From: Phallusia mammillata
Lineage: Eukaryota
DNA length: 64,000 nt
Direction of reading: 5' to 3'
Assembly: GCA_965637545.1 (NCBI GenBank)
Contig: OZ281498.1
Location: 4,402,001 to 4,466,000 of the forward strand
This document shows positions 12,601 through 24,955 of this stretch, piece by piece; within the stretch, counting starts at the first letter, position 1; every line of letters starts with the position of its first letter. The position numbers and the translations under genes were made by a program. The notes below the pieces were generated by a model. The model saw only the letters and a program-made list of their open reading frames with translations, made no database searches and was not told the DNA's origin.

Positions 12601-14559
12601 CAATATAAATCATAAGCTACAATGTGGGCAAATCATCAGCGATGAGATAAACGCTCGGTAATGGCCTTTCGTGCAGAAACAGTTACAAGATGGTGACTAT
12701 TAAGTCGAAAAATCAATAGCAGATGGGTTCAGTTCGGCTTCAATGCACGTAAGCGCGATTATTTGTTTTGCGGTGTCAATTTTGACGTTAACAATGACTC
12801 AGGATCTTTCTACAATGGGCTAGCGAAAAACCCAGTCTTGTGGTAGAACACTTGCAAAAATGACAAGTTATCAAATAGATGTTGGTAATTTTATGGAACG
12901 CATACAGGCGGAAAATATCTTAAAAACGGGATGACATTTATTTTAAACAGGTTTACTTCAGGCAAGTCTAAAGACAACTTACATAAACTTCGTCAAAATG
13001 TAACAATCGCGGGACAAGGTCACGCAATCTCATTACATTTGTTACTTCATGTGCGTAATGCTCGATTTTAGACTTAACTAAGGCCTCATGAATCAAATCG
13101 ACGATTGCGAGCTCATCGTTCACACAATGCTGTGAATCAGCTGACAACAAGGCAGAACGCGAGTTGTACTTACTGTATCGTTTCCGGCGAATGGCTGCTA
13201 CTACACACGCTTCTAGCACTAAATGCTGCACGAATTGGAAATGCAGTTTTGTTTGTCCAGTACAAGATAAGCTCAACCGACTTCTGACTGAATTCAATTA
13301 TTAATACTTGCCATTTGAAACGGCATAATCTTCGACTCGGCACGCCGCAAATGCAATATCCAGTCTTTGGTGGCTTTCAATGCAACGCAAATTAAAAAGA
13401 TCAAATCCAACTCACAGGATTGTAAATTAAAGTAAACAATTGGGGGTAAACAATATTAAAATTTATATTCTACCACTTTAAATTTAAAAATAGCTAAAAC
13501 AAGTACTGTTGTTTCAGCATGCAATATTAAACATAAACCTTTAAGATGGTCATCAAGGGATATGGGATTACCAAAATTGCCGTTTTGGAGTGACAATGCA
13601 CTTTGCCGCTCTCAAGATTCCTCTGTACTAAATTTAATACAGACTTCATTGCATTAATCATAAACACATTAGAAACACATTTTCGTTTGTAAAAATAAGA
13701 TAGCATCTTGCAAGACGTGCCTAATTTCAATCACGATTTTCCACAACAGGCAACAATCAAAAGGTCAAAACAGGAGCAAAATGCAACGTTGTTCAAATCT
13801 GGATTGATACATCCCACTTATCTAGTATGTCAATCAAATGTTAACTTCTTAAAAATATAATGTACAAATTACCTTTGTCCAATATGCAGTGATGTTGAAT
13901 GGCATCATCACTGTGGCAGTGAGAAAGTCAATCACACAAAGACTTGCAATGAAGATGTGAAAAGTCGTTCGAAGCTTTTTGTTTAAAACGATGGCCAGGA
14001 TTGTGAGCAAGTTGCCACTGGACCCCAGGCAGATGTTGATTAATCCAATAGTGATTCCTAGCGCTCGTAACCCGGATTTGTCGACTTCGTTCATTGTTGA
14101 TGCGTTGCTGCTAAGGTTTGCGTTAAGTTGTGGCATCGAACTGCTACTGTAGGTGTCTGTCATGTTGCTGAACATAAAACCGTTTTGGGTCGGCATCATA
14201 TCGGAGATTGCGTACGTCGTCCTGTTTACATCGAATATGTCGAGAGCAAATTCATCGCCTACTCTTGAAGCGGATACAAGGTTGAACGTGGTCGTTTCAT
14301 CCGTTCGACGGTAAATCGTAGTTGCGTTGGTGCCTTCAGATAATTGGTGATTGCTATGCGTTTCCGCCGCTTCGAGTCTGGTGTCTTTTCGGTCGAGTAG
14401 CTCAGCACTTGAATCTACCGCCTCATCATCGGTAACGCTTAAAATATGCAAACCACCGCCACCACGTGATCCGCCTTCTTTTCGCCTGTGTGACGTCATC
14501 AAATAGGCGACGGAGCTTGGGCTCTCGCCGCTTCCTTGGGCGTCAACGGTGTTTATCAT
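6602..14559 (-). CDS. Rhodopsin-class GPCR, GPR84/Moody/Tre1/melatonin-receptor-like, about 635 aa, 10 coding exons
   Basis: Exons 13873-14559, 10242-10348, 9768-9981, 9546-9678, 9061-9241, 8491-8609, 8135-8204, 8016-8067, 6990-7201 and 6602-6734 join in frame. Motifs: TM1 GNLLTILAI..KLRTTFHIFIASLCVID, ECL1 WPFG..C, TM3 end VNRF (DRY variant), TM4 W, TM5 FLP..Y, TM6 FMILFMP, TM7 NSCVNPLIY. Stop TAA at 6602-6604. Confidence 0.9.
7577..7926. mobile_element. Non-autonomous hAT-type MITE in a GPCR intron
   Basis: CAGAGT...ACTCTG termini, perfect 8-bp TSD ACACAGCA (7569-7576, 7927-7934), repeated subterminal GCCCGAACCCG motifs. Confidence 0.85.
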
Positions 14560-16053
14560 TTCGTTTTTTTGGTCGTTGATTTTGGTCAACTGAAGCAGAT
14601 TTAGGAAGGTGTCATTAGTGGTGACTATGTAGTGTCTACACAGATATAGTTTCATTACTTTGTGTTAAAAAATGCATCAATTATACTCAATTTCAAATAA
14701 TTTGTGAACACCGAGTTGGTGTAAAATTGCATGTTACGCATTAAAACTCAGGACTTTTATTTTCTCCTTAACAGCAACAACACCGGATGGAACGGTAAAA
14801 AAAGACGTTCAGCAAATTGAAAATTAACAGAATTTTCGAAAGTGTGGTGAAGGAAATCGATAACCAAACCCAGATTGAAACCCGACTTAACTCACGAGTC
14901 AATTAGAAGGGTGGGAGAGCACTGGCGTATTGCGTCAATGAAAGTCGTTTGTCTCAATTTGGGCGTTTGTTCATTTACAATGTGGTTAAAGGTCTTTCCC
15001 GCGGATCGAAAACCGCTGACTGCGGCGAATGACTTCTTTGAGTCACCCTGTTTACAAACTGACAGAAAGAAAATGAGAAATAACAAAAATCCGTTTTTCC
15101 TGCTCCGTCTGGTTTGTTTGTTTGTTGCGGCGTTATTCCCCTGTGGTGCTTTAAAACCACTGCAGGAAAGCTATCGTCATCTCGTGCATAAAAGATGTAA
15201 AGCAGTTCTCCTAACTTTATTAGCATTAGGTTTAAGGCGATTGAATGTTATTGAGGCTAAACGCGTAACACGCTTCTGGTTCCGTAAGTTTTTCGCAGAG
15301 GTTTTTCGAACACTATACTAGGGATAAAAGACCGACGTTTATTTGATGACTATGATTTTGTCTTACTGTACAGCCTCCGGCAGTGTGATAAACGATTAAT
15401 GAATTATAAACGTAGGCGGTAATTGTTTGGCAAAACAAAAAGATTAGGTCGAAGAGTTACATGATTCACATTGTAATATTATTTCACAAAAGGATTAGTG
15501 TTATTTTTTGACGCTTATGGACGCTTGTTCAAAGATCAAGTGTTTCGCTCATATGGCCACATTTTCACAAACATTTGTTCCTTTTACGATTCTCGAAAAC
15601 AGCTACACCTATCCCAAAGCTGCTCTGTCGGCGCATCACCGATTTTTAACGGAACAATACTAGTTTCCTATAAAGCATACGTATCTTATAACCACAAGAA
15701 TACGTCACAAGCGTTAAGCTCGGCCCTTATTGAAAGCTATTCTACAGGCATAAAGAATACGAACTGAAGGTGACAATGAAACATAAAAACACAATTTGCA
15801 AGATAAAGAAGACAATAAACTAGAATCAATCGTAATCAATATTATAGAGAATATTTGGTATAGAAACGCTTGCTTTTAGGGGCGTTAGCATATCCTTGTG
15901 GTAACTAAGACAACAGTTACCACCACTCAGCAAACTGAAGACCTCTATACCTTCTGGTGCACAAATTACAACAACAGAACAGGAAGGGCGGCAACATTTT
16001 GAACCTGTAACAGATTAATAAAACTCTTATACGGCTGTCGCCTACCTATAGAT

Positions 16054-16483
16054 CAGTGGTTCCCAACCTTTTTGTAGTCACGGACCCCCTTTATAAATCT
16101 TATCAGTCCGCGGACCCCCAAGGTAATTTAATCTTTTTTTCGTTTCCCGCATTATGCGTTATTATACGTTCGTTTTGGGGGGCAGAATTTTAATCAAACT
16201 TCACAGTCCGTTAATCTCAATAAAGTTCTGTACTGTAGCAGTCAATGCACTAAAAAGAGATAAATGTGTTGTGATGACACAATAGAGGTAACAATCACAA
16301 GTTTTCCTGATGCAAGGGTTTGATAAACAGTTTGCACTTATATACAGGATTGTAAAAACAATTTGGGAACTTAAAAATATTGTACTGATGTTAATGCTAC
16401 TACAAATGTTTGCCTCCACGGACCCCCTGAAACCGTCTCACGGACCCCTTGGGGGTCCGCGAACCCCAGGTTGGGAACCACTG
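16054..16483. mobile_element. Non-autonomous hAT (Charlie-like) MITE
   Basis: TIRs CAGTGGTTCCCAACC / GGTTGGGAACCACTG, TSD CTATAGAT / CCATAGAT (1 mismatch), subterminal GGACCCC motifs shared with the 22450 copy. Confidence 0.9.
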
Positions 16484-19400
16484 CCATAGATCCTGTTATA
16501 CTGTTTACTTTCAATGTAAATAAGCTGCTTGGTACGCAAATGCTATGCATAGTGAACACTGCCGTCGGAAGCTCCCATGAGAATTATGACAATTAATTAA
16601 GACTAATGTAACACTTAAATGCATATCCGATTGCATTACTGCATCTGAGACGTAACTTCACTCTTTTGGGAATCGAAACTGCTCGGCTGCCTATAAATTA
16701 TACTTGCTATTTGATTGACACAGGTGTTCTTACGTTTAACTATACAGTACGATGTTTGCCCCCGGGCACGGTCACAGCCTTCTGATAGCGGGAAGGGCTT
16801 TACCAAACGTTAAATGTTGATCCATGGGAGAATTAATAATCGTTAGAACTGTCAAGTTTGTTAGGTTTTAGAAAAAAACGTTCATGACGTCGTCTTTGGT
16901 CTAATGGAATTCAGTAGTCGAACCTGTTTTTATTCGGTTAAAACACGCAAGGTTTTGCATTTTTTCCCGATTTGCTATCAAATGGCCCACGCACCTGAAA
17001 CAGGGCATGGCACTGGTCAAATGAATGGATTTTTGTTCCCTGCAAACCAAGACTTTCCAGCCCTTCCCAACACCACACATACGCACCTAAATTTTTCATG
17101 TCAAAGGGTTTGGCTACTTGATTTAACCCCATTGCAACCCTTTAGACACCAATTTACACTAAAGACTCGCAAAGCGAACAACAACATTAGGAATAAAATT
17201 AGAAATTTCAAACATGGCCTTTTGCAAGGAGTGTTCACGAATCAACAATACTTTACAACTTTCTTACTCTCTAACATATTTGACATTATAATTTGTGTGC
17301 AAATTTGATATTTTTTTAAATCTTCATTTACATTGGTTCGCTCGTATTCGTTAAGGCGCTATAACCACGCATTACGGGAAACCGTCGTAACATTCAACCA
17401 ACGCCTTTGGCAGTTTTAGGTTCACGATTACCTCCTTGTTAAAATATGTTTGAACTATGTCTCAAACGTCCATACTATTTGCATACCGGTCTACGCGCGT
17501 CGCATTTGGGTTAATACTTAATACAGAAAAAAGCTGCTTTAAATGTTATACGTGTAGTTGAACGATAAACTTCATGTGTCAAATCTGATTGCAATTGAAT
17601 CGACTTACTGCGTTGTATAATGATAATAGTGTGGATTTAAATTTATTTTTTAATGACAAAAGTTTCAATCTTTGGGTTCAAGAGGTTGTGTCATACAAAC
17701 GAGTCAATGCAGTTTGGTTGCAGACTAATGGCCAAATCAGCATCTGTCTCACCGTTGACATTAAAATACTAACGCCAGTCTACAGCTGATTGTGTTCGCT
17801 CCACCATGTCAAGTTCAAAGTCATCAAAATGCCGTCAATGGTCGCAGCGAGTCCACAGGGATGTCTCAGGATCAAGTTCGTCGAAATATGGGTCTGACGT
17901 GATTCTGTCCGTCATCTGCATACCTGCTGCAAGGCTTTGAAACGAACATCTTAAATACCGACAATAGACATACTGAGAGTTGAAGTTCAATGTTATTTGA
18001 ACTTGTAACGATTCTTCAGCTTGTATGCAAATTTGATGGTTTGTTGGTAAATCTGTTTCCCTGACAAATATCTTTCATATCCCGCAGTAATTTGCATAAA
18101 AATGGGGGGGGGGGATTTTGCACTTACCATAGACATCAATCACCTTTCTTATTTGTCGTTTTGTTTTATGTTGCAAATGGCGATATGTTTAATTATGGAG
18201 TGATGATAAACAGCTCAAAAAGCATATCGTCGCTATTGACGTTAAAGCGTTGTAAATTTTTCTAAGAAATTTTCTGGATACAATGATAACATGTAGTGCT
18301 TGATTGCAGAGTGCCCTATGATTATGTTACTACAACGTCTGTGCCAGACCGCATTCTCTCGAATCTGTCTTGCAACTTCATACTGAACAGGAAACAACGG
18401 GCCTAAAAAAGCTAAAACTTGGGATCTTGCTTGGGGCTGGGCAAAATTATCCGAGTTCACTTGCCTCACGACACTTGCCTGTTAAATCCCTGGAATAAGC
18501 GTGGTCGTGGTGCCGACGTTTCGTTCATGAAACGTGTTGCTTGCATTTCACCGCGCCTAACAGGAGCCCGAAACGCGCGCCTTGTGGTCTAGATCAAAAT
18601 CTTGTGATGATGCTACTTTAAAATCGTATGCAAATACTTCGATACACTCTCATAACCTTGAGCCGATAATGATGTAACTCTGTTTCAGAGCGACATATGA
18701 GGTGGCTTTTCACACATAACAACGCAGAAAGCATACGATAACGTTGCACAGCTATCTCCGGCAAGGTGAATATTTTAGTGCAATTGTGTTACTACGGTTT
18801 TCTCAGCGAACGAAATAAACTCAACTCAACCAACAAAATCAACTTTTAGTACAGTTTCTGTCAACATACAAAATTTGTCAAATCAACTTTTAAATGTCGT
18901 GAAGATTTCTGTTTAAAATGACAAGTTGAACTTGAAAATACATGCTTGAAAGCACTTTTATCATTTTTTCAATCGATAATAGCATCTTGTGGTCACCCCC
19001 GCAAACAATCACATCCTGTTGAAGTTAAACATGTCGCGCTATTCTTAATACATCACAGAGAAATTTTGTGTCACCAAACGACAACACCCACATCGCACCC
19101 GTGATCTTATTTCATGATGTCAGTTCTATATCTATCATGCTATCTGCTTTTTTGAGCACAATTCATGGTTGCGGTTTGACAAAAATATGTCCCTTCATAT
19201 CTTTTACCCGGTTTAAACCAGTCTGTGGATTAATTTTCACTGTCCATACAGTTTGGTAGGCGTGTCAAAGTTTAGAATTACATAAAATGACACATCGAAA
19301 TATAAAATGACACGTTTTAGATCCAAACGGCTATTTAAGCGGTCAGCGTTATCAAATATAGACCTATAGACCGGCACGACTTTTGTATTTGTAGTGGCCT

Positions 19401-20000
19401 CCCGTCAAAGTAGTATCTTAAATTCAAAATAATCATCTTTGGTGTTTATTTTAAACGCTTACGTGTTATCTAGTAAACAGGGGTTACCGCAAGTCAGCCT
19501 CTGCATCGACTTCTTTATTTCAAAACCATCTTTACTTCATAACTGCCACTACATATTGAATTTAGTTAATAAGTTTGAGTCGGTGAAAATCAATAACCAT
19601 TCAGTACATTAAATCTGTCGCCACATTACTGAAGATAGTTTTTTTTCCCAGTAATTCCCTCGCCACAAACGTAAAATGTGCCACCCCTTTATTTGATATT
19701 TGTGATATATGACCATGACCTGATATAATGTACAACAAAGCCTAAAAATCTAAAATAAATAAACAATTTTCTATACTACGCAGTATATATTTAAAATAGC
19801 AAGGTTTTAAAAAATGTTTCGATTTCTAAGAACATTGGCCAATTGGTTGGTCAAAAAAATGTGTTCTCAAAGATTACATGGCATCACCCCAACTATGCGA
19901 GATTGTTACAAAATGGGATTGTCACACCCTGAATCCCGTTCTACGGAGCGCTTGTCACCGTTGTGAACAATGTATAACGTTGCAGAAAATTTTTATGACG

Positions 20001-22051
20001 TCATCTCCACCTCAGACCACGAATCTTAATCGGAGGAGGGTGTTTGCCGCCGCTGGAAAACAACATGTAGAAATTTCGCATTTACTGTAAGCAAACATAA
20101 GAGATAGATTATTACCCTTTAAATTCAGGAAGTTTTTCCAACCCGAGAAACAGCAAGATTTCTGCCACCAGAGTCTTAATGTGACTCTCTTGAGCCACCT
20201 CGTGAAATTGCTTTAATATTAAATTTTCCACGCACAGATGTAGGCGCTCAAGAGTACGTTCAAACGATGCAAAGCTTCGATTCTAAATCAGGTGAAAGTC
20301 AACAAGGTATTTAAAGGTCAATGTACACATGCCTATCAATCAAATTACAGTACCTGCTCAATGACATTAGTAAGCCAGTGTTTGAAGGCTGTGTAAACAG
20401 GTGGTTCCAGGATTCTTGAAATATATTTGTCAACTCCACTGTCACCAAAAAATGCATTTGCAGACACTGAATCAGTTAAAGACGTTATTTGGTGCCACCA
20501 AAACGCAGGTATAAATAACCTATGATACAAAATAACACTTTTACCAACCTATCATATGGAAGTCAATAGCAAACTTACATATCTCCAGCATGTAATGTGC
20601 AATAATGACAAGTGGCATTGGCAAATTTAGGAAACTTGTTCATGTTTGGGTTGTCACAATCCACCTGCATTTGCACACATGAAAAAAGTTTTGGGAGCTT
20701 ATGGTAGAGGTGTTTAACCTTTATTACCCAAAGTGTTAAATACATACAACATGATTAGACAGTGGACTGCACCTATGTGCAACACAAGTTTACTTTACTT
20801 CTGATTAGGGCCAACATTTTCTCAACAGCTACCAGTGAAATTGTAAGCAATACTAGGCACATCGTTAGTGCTTATACCAAAATATGGAATTTCTCACTAG
20901 CACTGCACTGAAAAAGTGTGGCAGGTAACACATCATTTGTTAAAACATTGGCATGATATACAACCTTTACTACATTGTTCACATTTGTCCCTTGAGGTGC
21001 AGGTTGCACACCCCTAGCATAGAGCAAACATAAATCAGAAAAGTCAAATCTTGGTGAGAAACCTAAACAATCACTATTTTGGGCACATGTGTTTAAATAC
21101 AGGTTGGTGTTACTTGTGATTGTATGGTTTTTCCTTTAGATCCAAGTGGATTTGGGTAAAGGTTTTCATGATCTGAACAAGAGAAAAGCCGAGCTTGTTT
21201 TTCTCCCTCAATCATCATAAGCATGCTGGCATCCGGGTCATAATGGCAATATTCTATGTTTAAAGAGGAATTTCAGAACCGAAACAAATAAACAGTTCAA
21301 ATAAACTCAACACCTGTTCTCAAATTAGGCAGGTTTGTTAGGTTATTAATTTTTAGCATTTAAAACATAAAGCCTACCATAATGGCCTTTGTGTCCAACC
21401 CATAAAAAAGGACCATTGTGAATTTTTCCAATGATATTTGGTAAAATACATTCCTCCTAAAATATAAGTGTTAAACTTCTTTAACTTATAATGCTGAGAT
21501 TCTGCATTACGATGTCGTAATGTCCATTAAAGTAGAAATATTACTTGTAGTTGGGGGAAAGTTTTGCTGATGTTTTGCACTGCCATGTAAGATGTTGTTC
21601 CTCTGTGTGTTTTCCTCTTAAGGTCATCCACATATTCTTGAAATGTAGTTTGGCGAATTGTGTATGATTTGCCAGTCTAAAGGAATCAACACAAACATGC
21701 ATTTTTTTACAATGAAAAGTGATCCCTTTAATAGTATGGTTTGAGAAAATAAAATATGTAGCCAACCTTGTAATCAGCTTGGTCAGTTTTTCCTCGAACA
21801 TTAACTTCATTGTTGCCCACAGTTTTTGACAAATACTCCATGGTCCATTTTGAAAGTGGCAGATTAGGCAAAACTCCTTGTAGTACCACTGGATGCCCTG
21901 GTCTTAAAAACTTTTCTTCAAACTGTTCAAGAGTGAGTTGTGTTGCCAAGTAGTGTTCCACAGGTACATTTAACTTACATTGTGAGACCGACATGACTTT
22001 CACATGAATACTTTCTGTCTCAGCAAAATCACAATTATTGCACAAGTGGCT
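20001..22051 (-). CDS. JmjC-domain (cupin) Fe(II)/2-oxoglutarate oxygenase, JMJD5/JMJD7/HSPBAP1-like, 5' partial
   Basis: Exons 21767-22051, 21545-21676, 21378-21456, 21114-21253, 20579-20664, 20354-20519, 20116-20282 and 20001-20052 join in frame. They give F..PGHPVVLQG...KWTMEYL, LWVG...CHYDPD (HxD), EGEKQARLF, AGDMLFIPAFWWHQI (distal His) and the C-terminus KHPPPIKIRGLRWR*. The start exon was not confidently located. Confidence 0.88.
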
Positions 22052-22449
22052 CTAATAAGTAATAACTAATTTTTAAAAATAGTGCACGTGGTATATACAT
22101 GTACATGAAATGTTTATCAATCCAACTCCAACAATGTGATGATACTAATTAGGACTGCTTTTTAAATTTAAAACAATGCAAAAACGCAGAAAAAATTTAC
22201 GGCTCTCAATGCTACGCTCAAAGTTTTAAGTAACAAAGGGTATTTCCCCAAGAGTGCAGTCAAGCATTTCACAATAAAAGTGATATTTTACATTTCCTTT
22301 TTCAAAAAAAGTTTTGGGCTATCTGAACAAAAATAAACACCATCAAAATCAAGTGTGACTACTACTTCGAACTATACAGTTGAATCGAAATTGTTTGGAC
22401 AGAATTAAAACCTGACGGCTGCGGAAGCAGTAACCCTGTTTACATGGAC

Positions 22450-22868
22450 CAGCGGTTCCCAAACTGGGGTCCGCGGTCCTTTAGGGGTCCGTGGGGCAAT
22501 TTTTGGGGGTCCGCGAAGCGGTTGAAGTAATTCTATAATCTTTTTTGGCGTCAGTTTGTGCCACTAAATAAGTTTAAATCAAAGTAGAATTGAGAATCGA
22601 CTGTCTCGATTGCTAAACAATGGCCTTTATTGAATGACAACTATCAAAAATGCAATTGTTCGCGCACCATCGTAATGTTTTTGTCCTGTTTGTGATGTCA
22701 TATGCTGTCTTTGGATGATTGTTATGCGCAATTTTGCATAATTAGCTAAAATCCTGCAATCAACTTTAGTTTTCATAAATACACATTTAGGCTTAAGGAC
22801 CGCGAGCCCTCGAAATAATGGCAAAGGGGCCGTTTTGAAAAAAATATGAAAAAGTTTGGGAACCACTG
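22450..22868. mobile_element. Non-autonomous hAT (Charlie-like) MITE
   Basis: TIRs CAGCGGTTCCCAAAC / GTTTGGGAACCACTG, perfect TSD ACATGGAC (22442-22449, 22869-22876). Confidence 0.92.
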
Positions 22869-23712
22869 ACATGGACGCTTAAAACGGATTCGAATCCGTT
22901 TCGTCAATCCGCTTCTCTCGTTTTTGCCGCTGAAACGAATTGAATCCGCTTCACGTTCAATCCGCCCCGACTAGGTGGTTTGATCCGTTTCGTGCTTAAT
23001 CCGCCTTCTTGTTAAGGCGTGTTTGCTGTGTTATCAGGTTTGTTGGAGGGTAAAAATAGGTTATTTGCCAGTTTATTTGCTTTGCATCAGAGAATATTTT
23101 GTAGAAATAGACTTATGATGTAAATTGCCGATCAGACGAAATGTGCAACGGGAAAGTATAGTCGTCAGGCCCATTGCTGGAAGGTTGACCAACTAGAAAA
23201 ATGTTAATTTGTTGGTCGTGACCATGTCCATTCCTGTTGAAATCTTTTTGCACATCACAGTCACCGGCTCGTCTCACATCTCAAAGAAAATGAAAACAAT
23301 TAACAACAGCAACAACAAGTTTTAGGCCACAGATTTAAAAAATCGTAAATATTAAATTTTACCTTACATACCTTTTCGGTAAAAAGCTGAAGAAAGCCCG
23401 AATTCTTGAACGATGCTTAATTTGCGGTGTGTGTGTGTTTGGAGTTCGATGGAATATTTTCGCTTTAATCAATTACAAATTTTAATAACGCGACACTTCT
23501 TCGATCACCCGCAAAAAATGCACTTCACTTTGTAACCTTAAAGGAAAACACAGATAAATAAGTGCATTTGATGTTTAATCCATGATAGGGGTGGTGTGAT
23601 GCCTTATTGCCTACGCAATTGTGTGGGGTCAAAATCAACATCGGCGAGACCATAGTACGAAACGAGTCCTGCAAATATAATAGCAAACAAATGCCAAATG
23701 AAACATCGGGCA

Positions 23713-24045
23713 TTTCACAATCGACAATCACCTAAGTCAAGCCTTCTCTGATGACGCTTGACGCATTGAGGCCTTTACAATCGCCCAAGTCAGGCCTTCT
23801 CTAACCGACAATCACCCAAGTCAGGCCTTTAATATTGCAGTCAGACCTTTCCCAGTCGACAATCACGAAAGTCAGGCCTTCTCTGATGACGCTTTACGCA
23901 GTCAGGCCTTTTCCAATCGACAATCACGAAAGTCAGGCCTTCTCTGATTACGCTTGACGCAGTCAGGCCTTTACAATCACCCAAGTCAGGCCTTCTATAT
24001 TGCAGTCAGGCATTTTATATTGCAGTCAGGCCTTCTCTGATAACG
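23713..24045 (+). repeat. Composite minisatellite with GTCAGGCCTT core (left array)
   Basis: Many GTCAGGCC(T) cores separated by recurring spacers (ACAATCGACAATCACCCAA, CTCTGATGACGCTTGACGCA, TTATATTGCA). Confidence 0.9.
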
Positions 24046-24440
24046 TTTTACCAGAGACTACTAAGCAGAGACTGCACACTGCGATTTTTATTAAGATCGG
24101 TTCCGCTTGAACGCGACCACTAAGATTGCGGCGTTTACAATGGAAAGGGATAGGAAAAAGTGGTGCGATCGTCTGTTTTTTTGTCGTTTGCGTAAAGCGT
24201 AGGCTTTTGAAATTGATTTTGTTGGTTGGTACATCAACTAGACTACTTTTGAAAATATATCGAACCAACAAACTCTCCGCAGATGGAGACATAACGGCAA
24301 AGGTGGCGGTTGAATGTACGAAATTTGCTACCGAATTTTCGAATGTGCATGTATGACCAAAAATGTACCATTGCCAACATATATGATCATAATTTGCGAA
24401 GAGGGATGTAATACGAATTGCTGGCAGTTACAAAAGTTAT

Positions 24441-24955
24441 CAAAGGAATGTAACTCAATTTTAAAATCAGTCATAATTAAATAAACAGCATGCTGGGCCT
24501 AACACATTTAAAATGCAATGAATTTTGTCATCTTGTGTTTTGTTCTGGTACTTGTGTGTTTTAAATATCAATTCAAGCAGCTCAAACTACCCAACCTGAT
24601 AGGTGTTGATCCCAGATATGTTAATTTAATGAATATCAGTATGAAACTGGAAATAGCATCATGCATTATTTTACATATGTTCTCAAAGGAATGGCACTAC
24701 ATTTTAAAATCAGTCATAATTAAATAAAGACCATGCTAGGTCTTACATTTAAAATGCAATGAATTTTATCATCTTGTGTTTTGTTCTGGTACTTGGTACT
24801 GTTTTTTTTTTAAATCAATTCAACATTTTACACATAATTGATTTTTGATTTTGTTTTTAAGCAGCTTGTACTAACCAACATCATAGGTGTTGATCCCAGA
24901 TTAGTTTGATGATTATCAGGATGAAACTGAAAAAGCATCATGCATTCTTTTTATC
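24441..24955 (+). repeat. Diverged direct tandem duplication, unit about 243 bp
   Basis: CAAAGGAATG...TTTTAAAATCAGTCATAATTAAATAAA...CATAGGTGTTGATCCCAGAT...GCATCATGCATT occurs starting at 24441 and again at 24684. Confidence 0.85.

Noticed and set aside
14875-15321. 148-aa plus-strand ORF and overlapping minus ORFs upstream of the GPCR
   Set aside because: No homology cues. The donor at 14895 cannot join the GPCR ATG exon without stops, so this is probably 5' UTR.
16904-18469. ORFs 16904-17308, 17589-17789 and 18242-18469 as a gene or retroelement remnant (QVLAFLG resembles a gypsy RT motif)
   Set aside because: No consistent spliced frame and no further RT, RNase H or integrase motifs could be found by eye. 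BLASTX would be needed.
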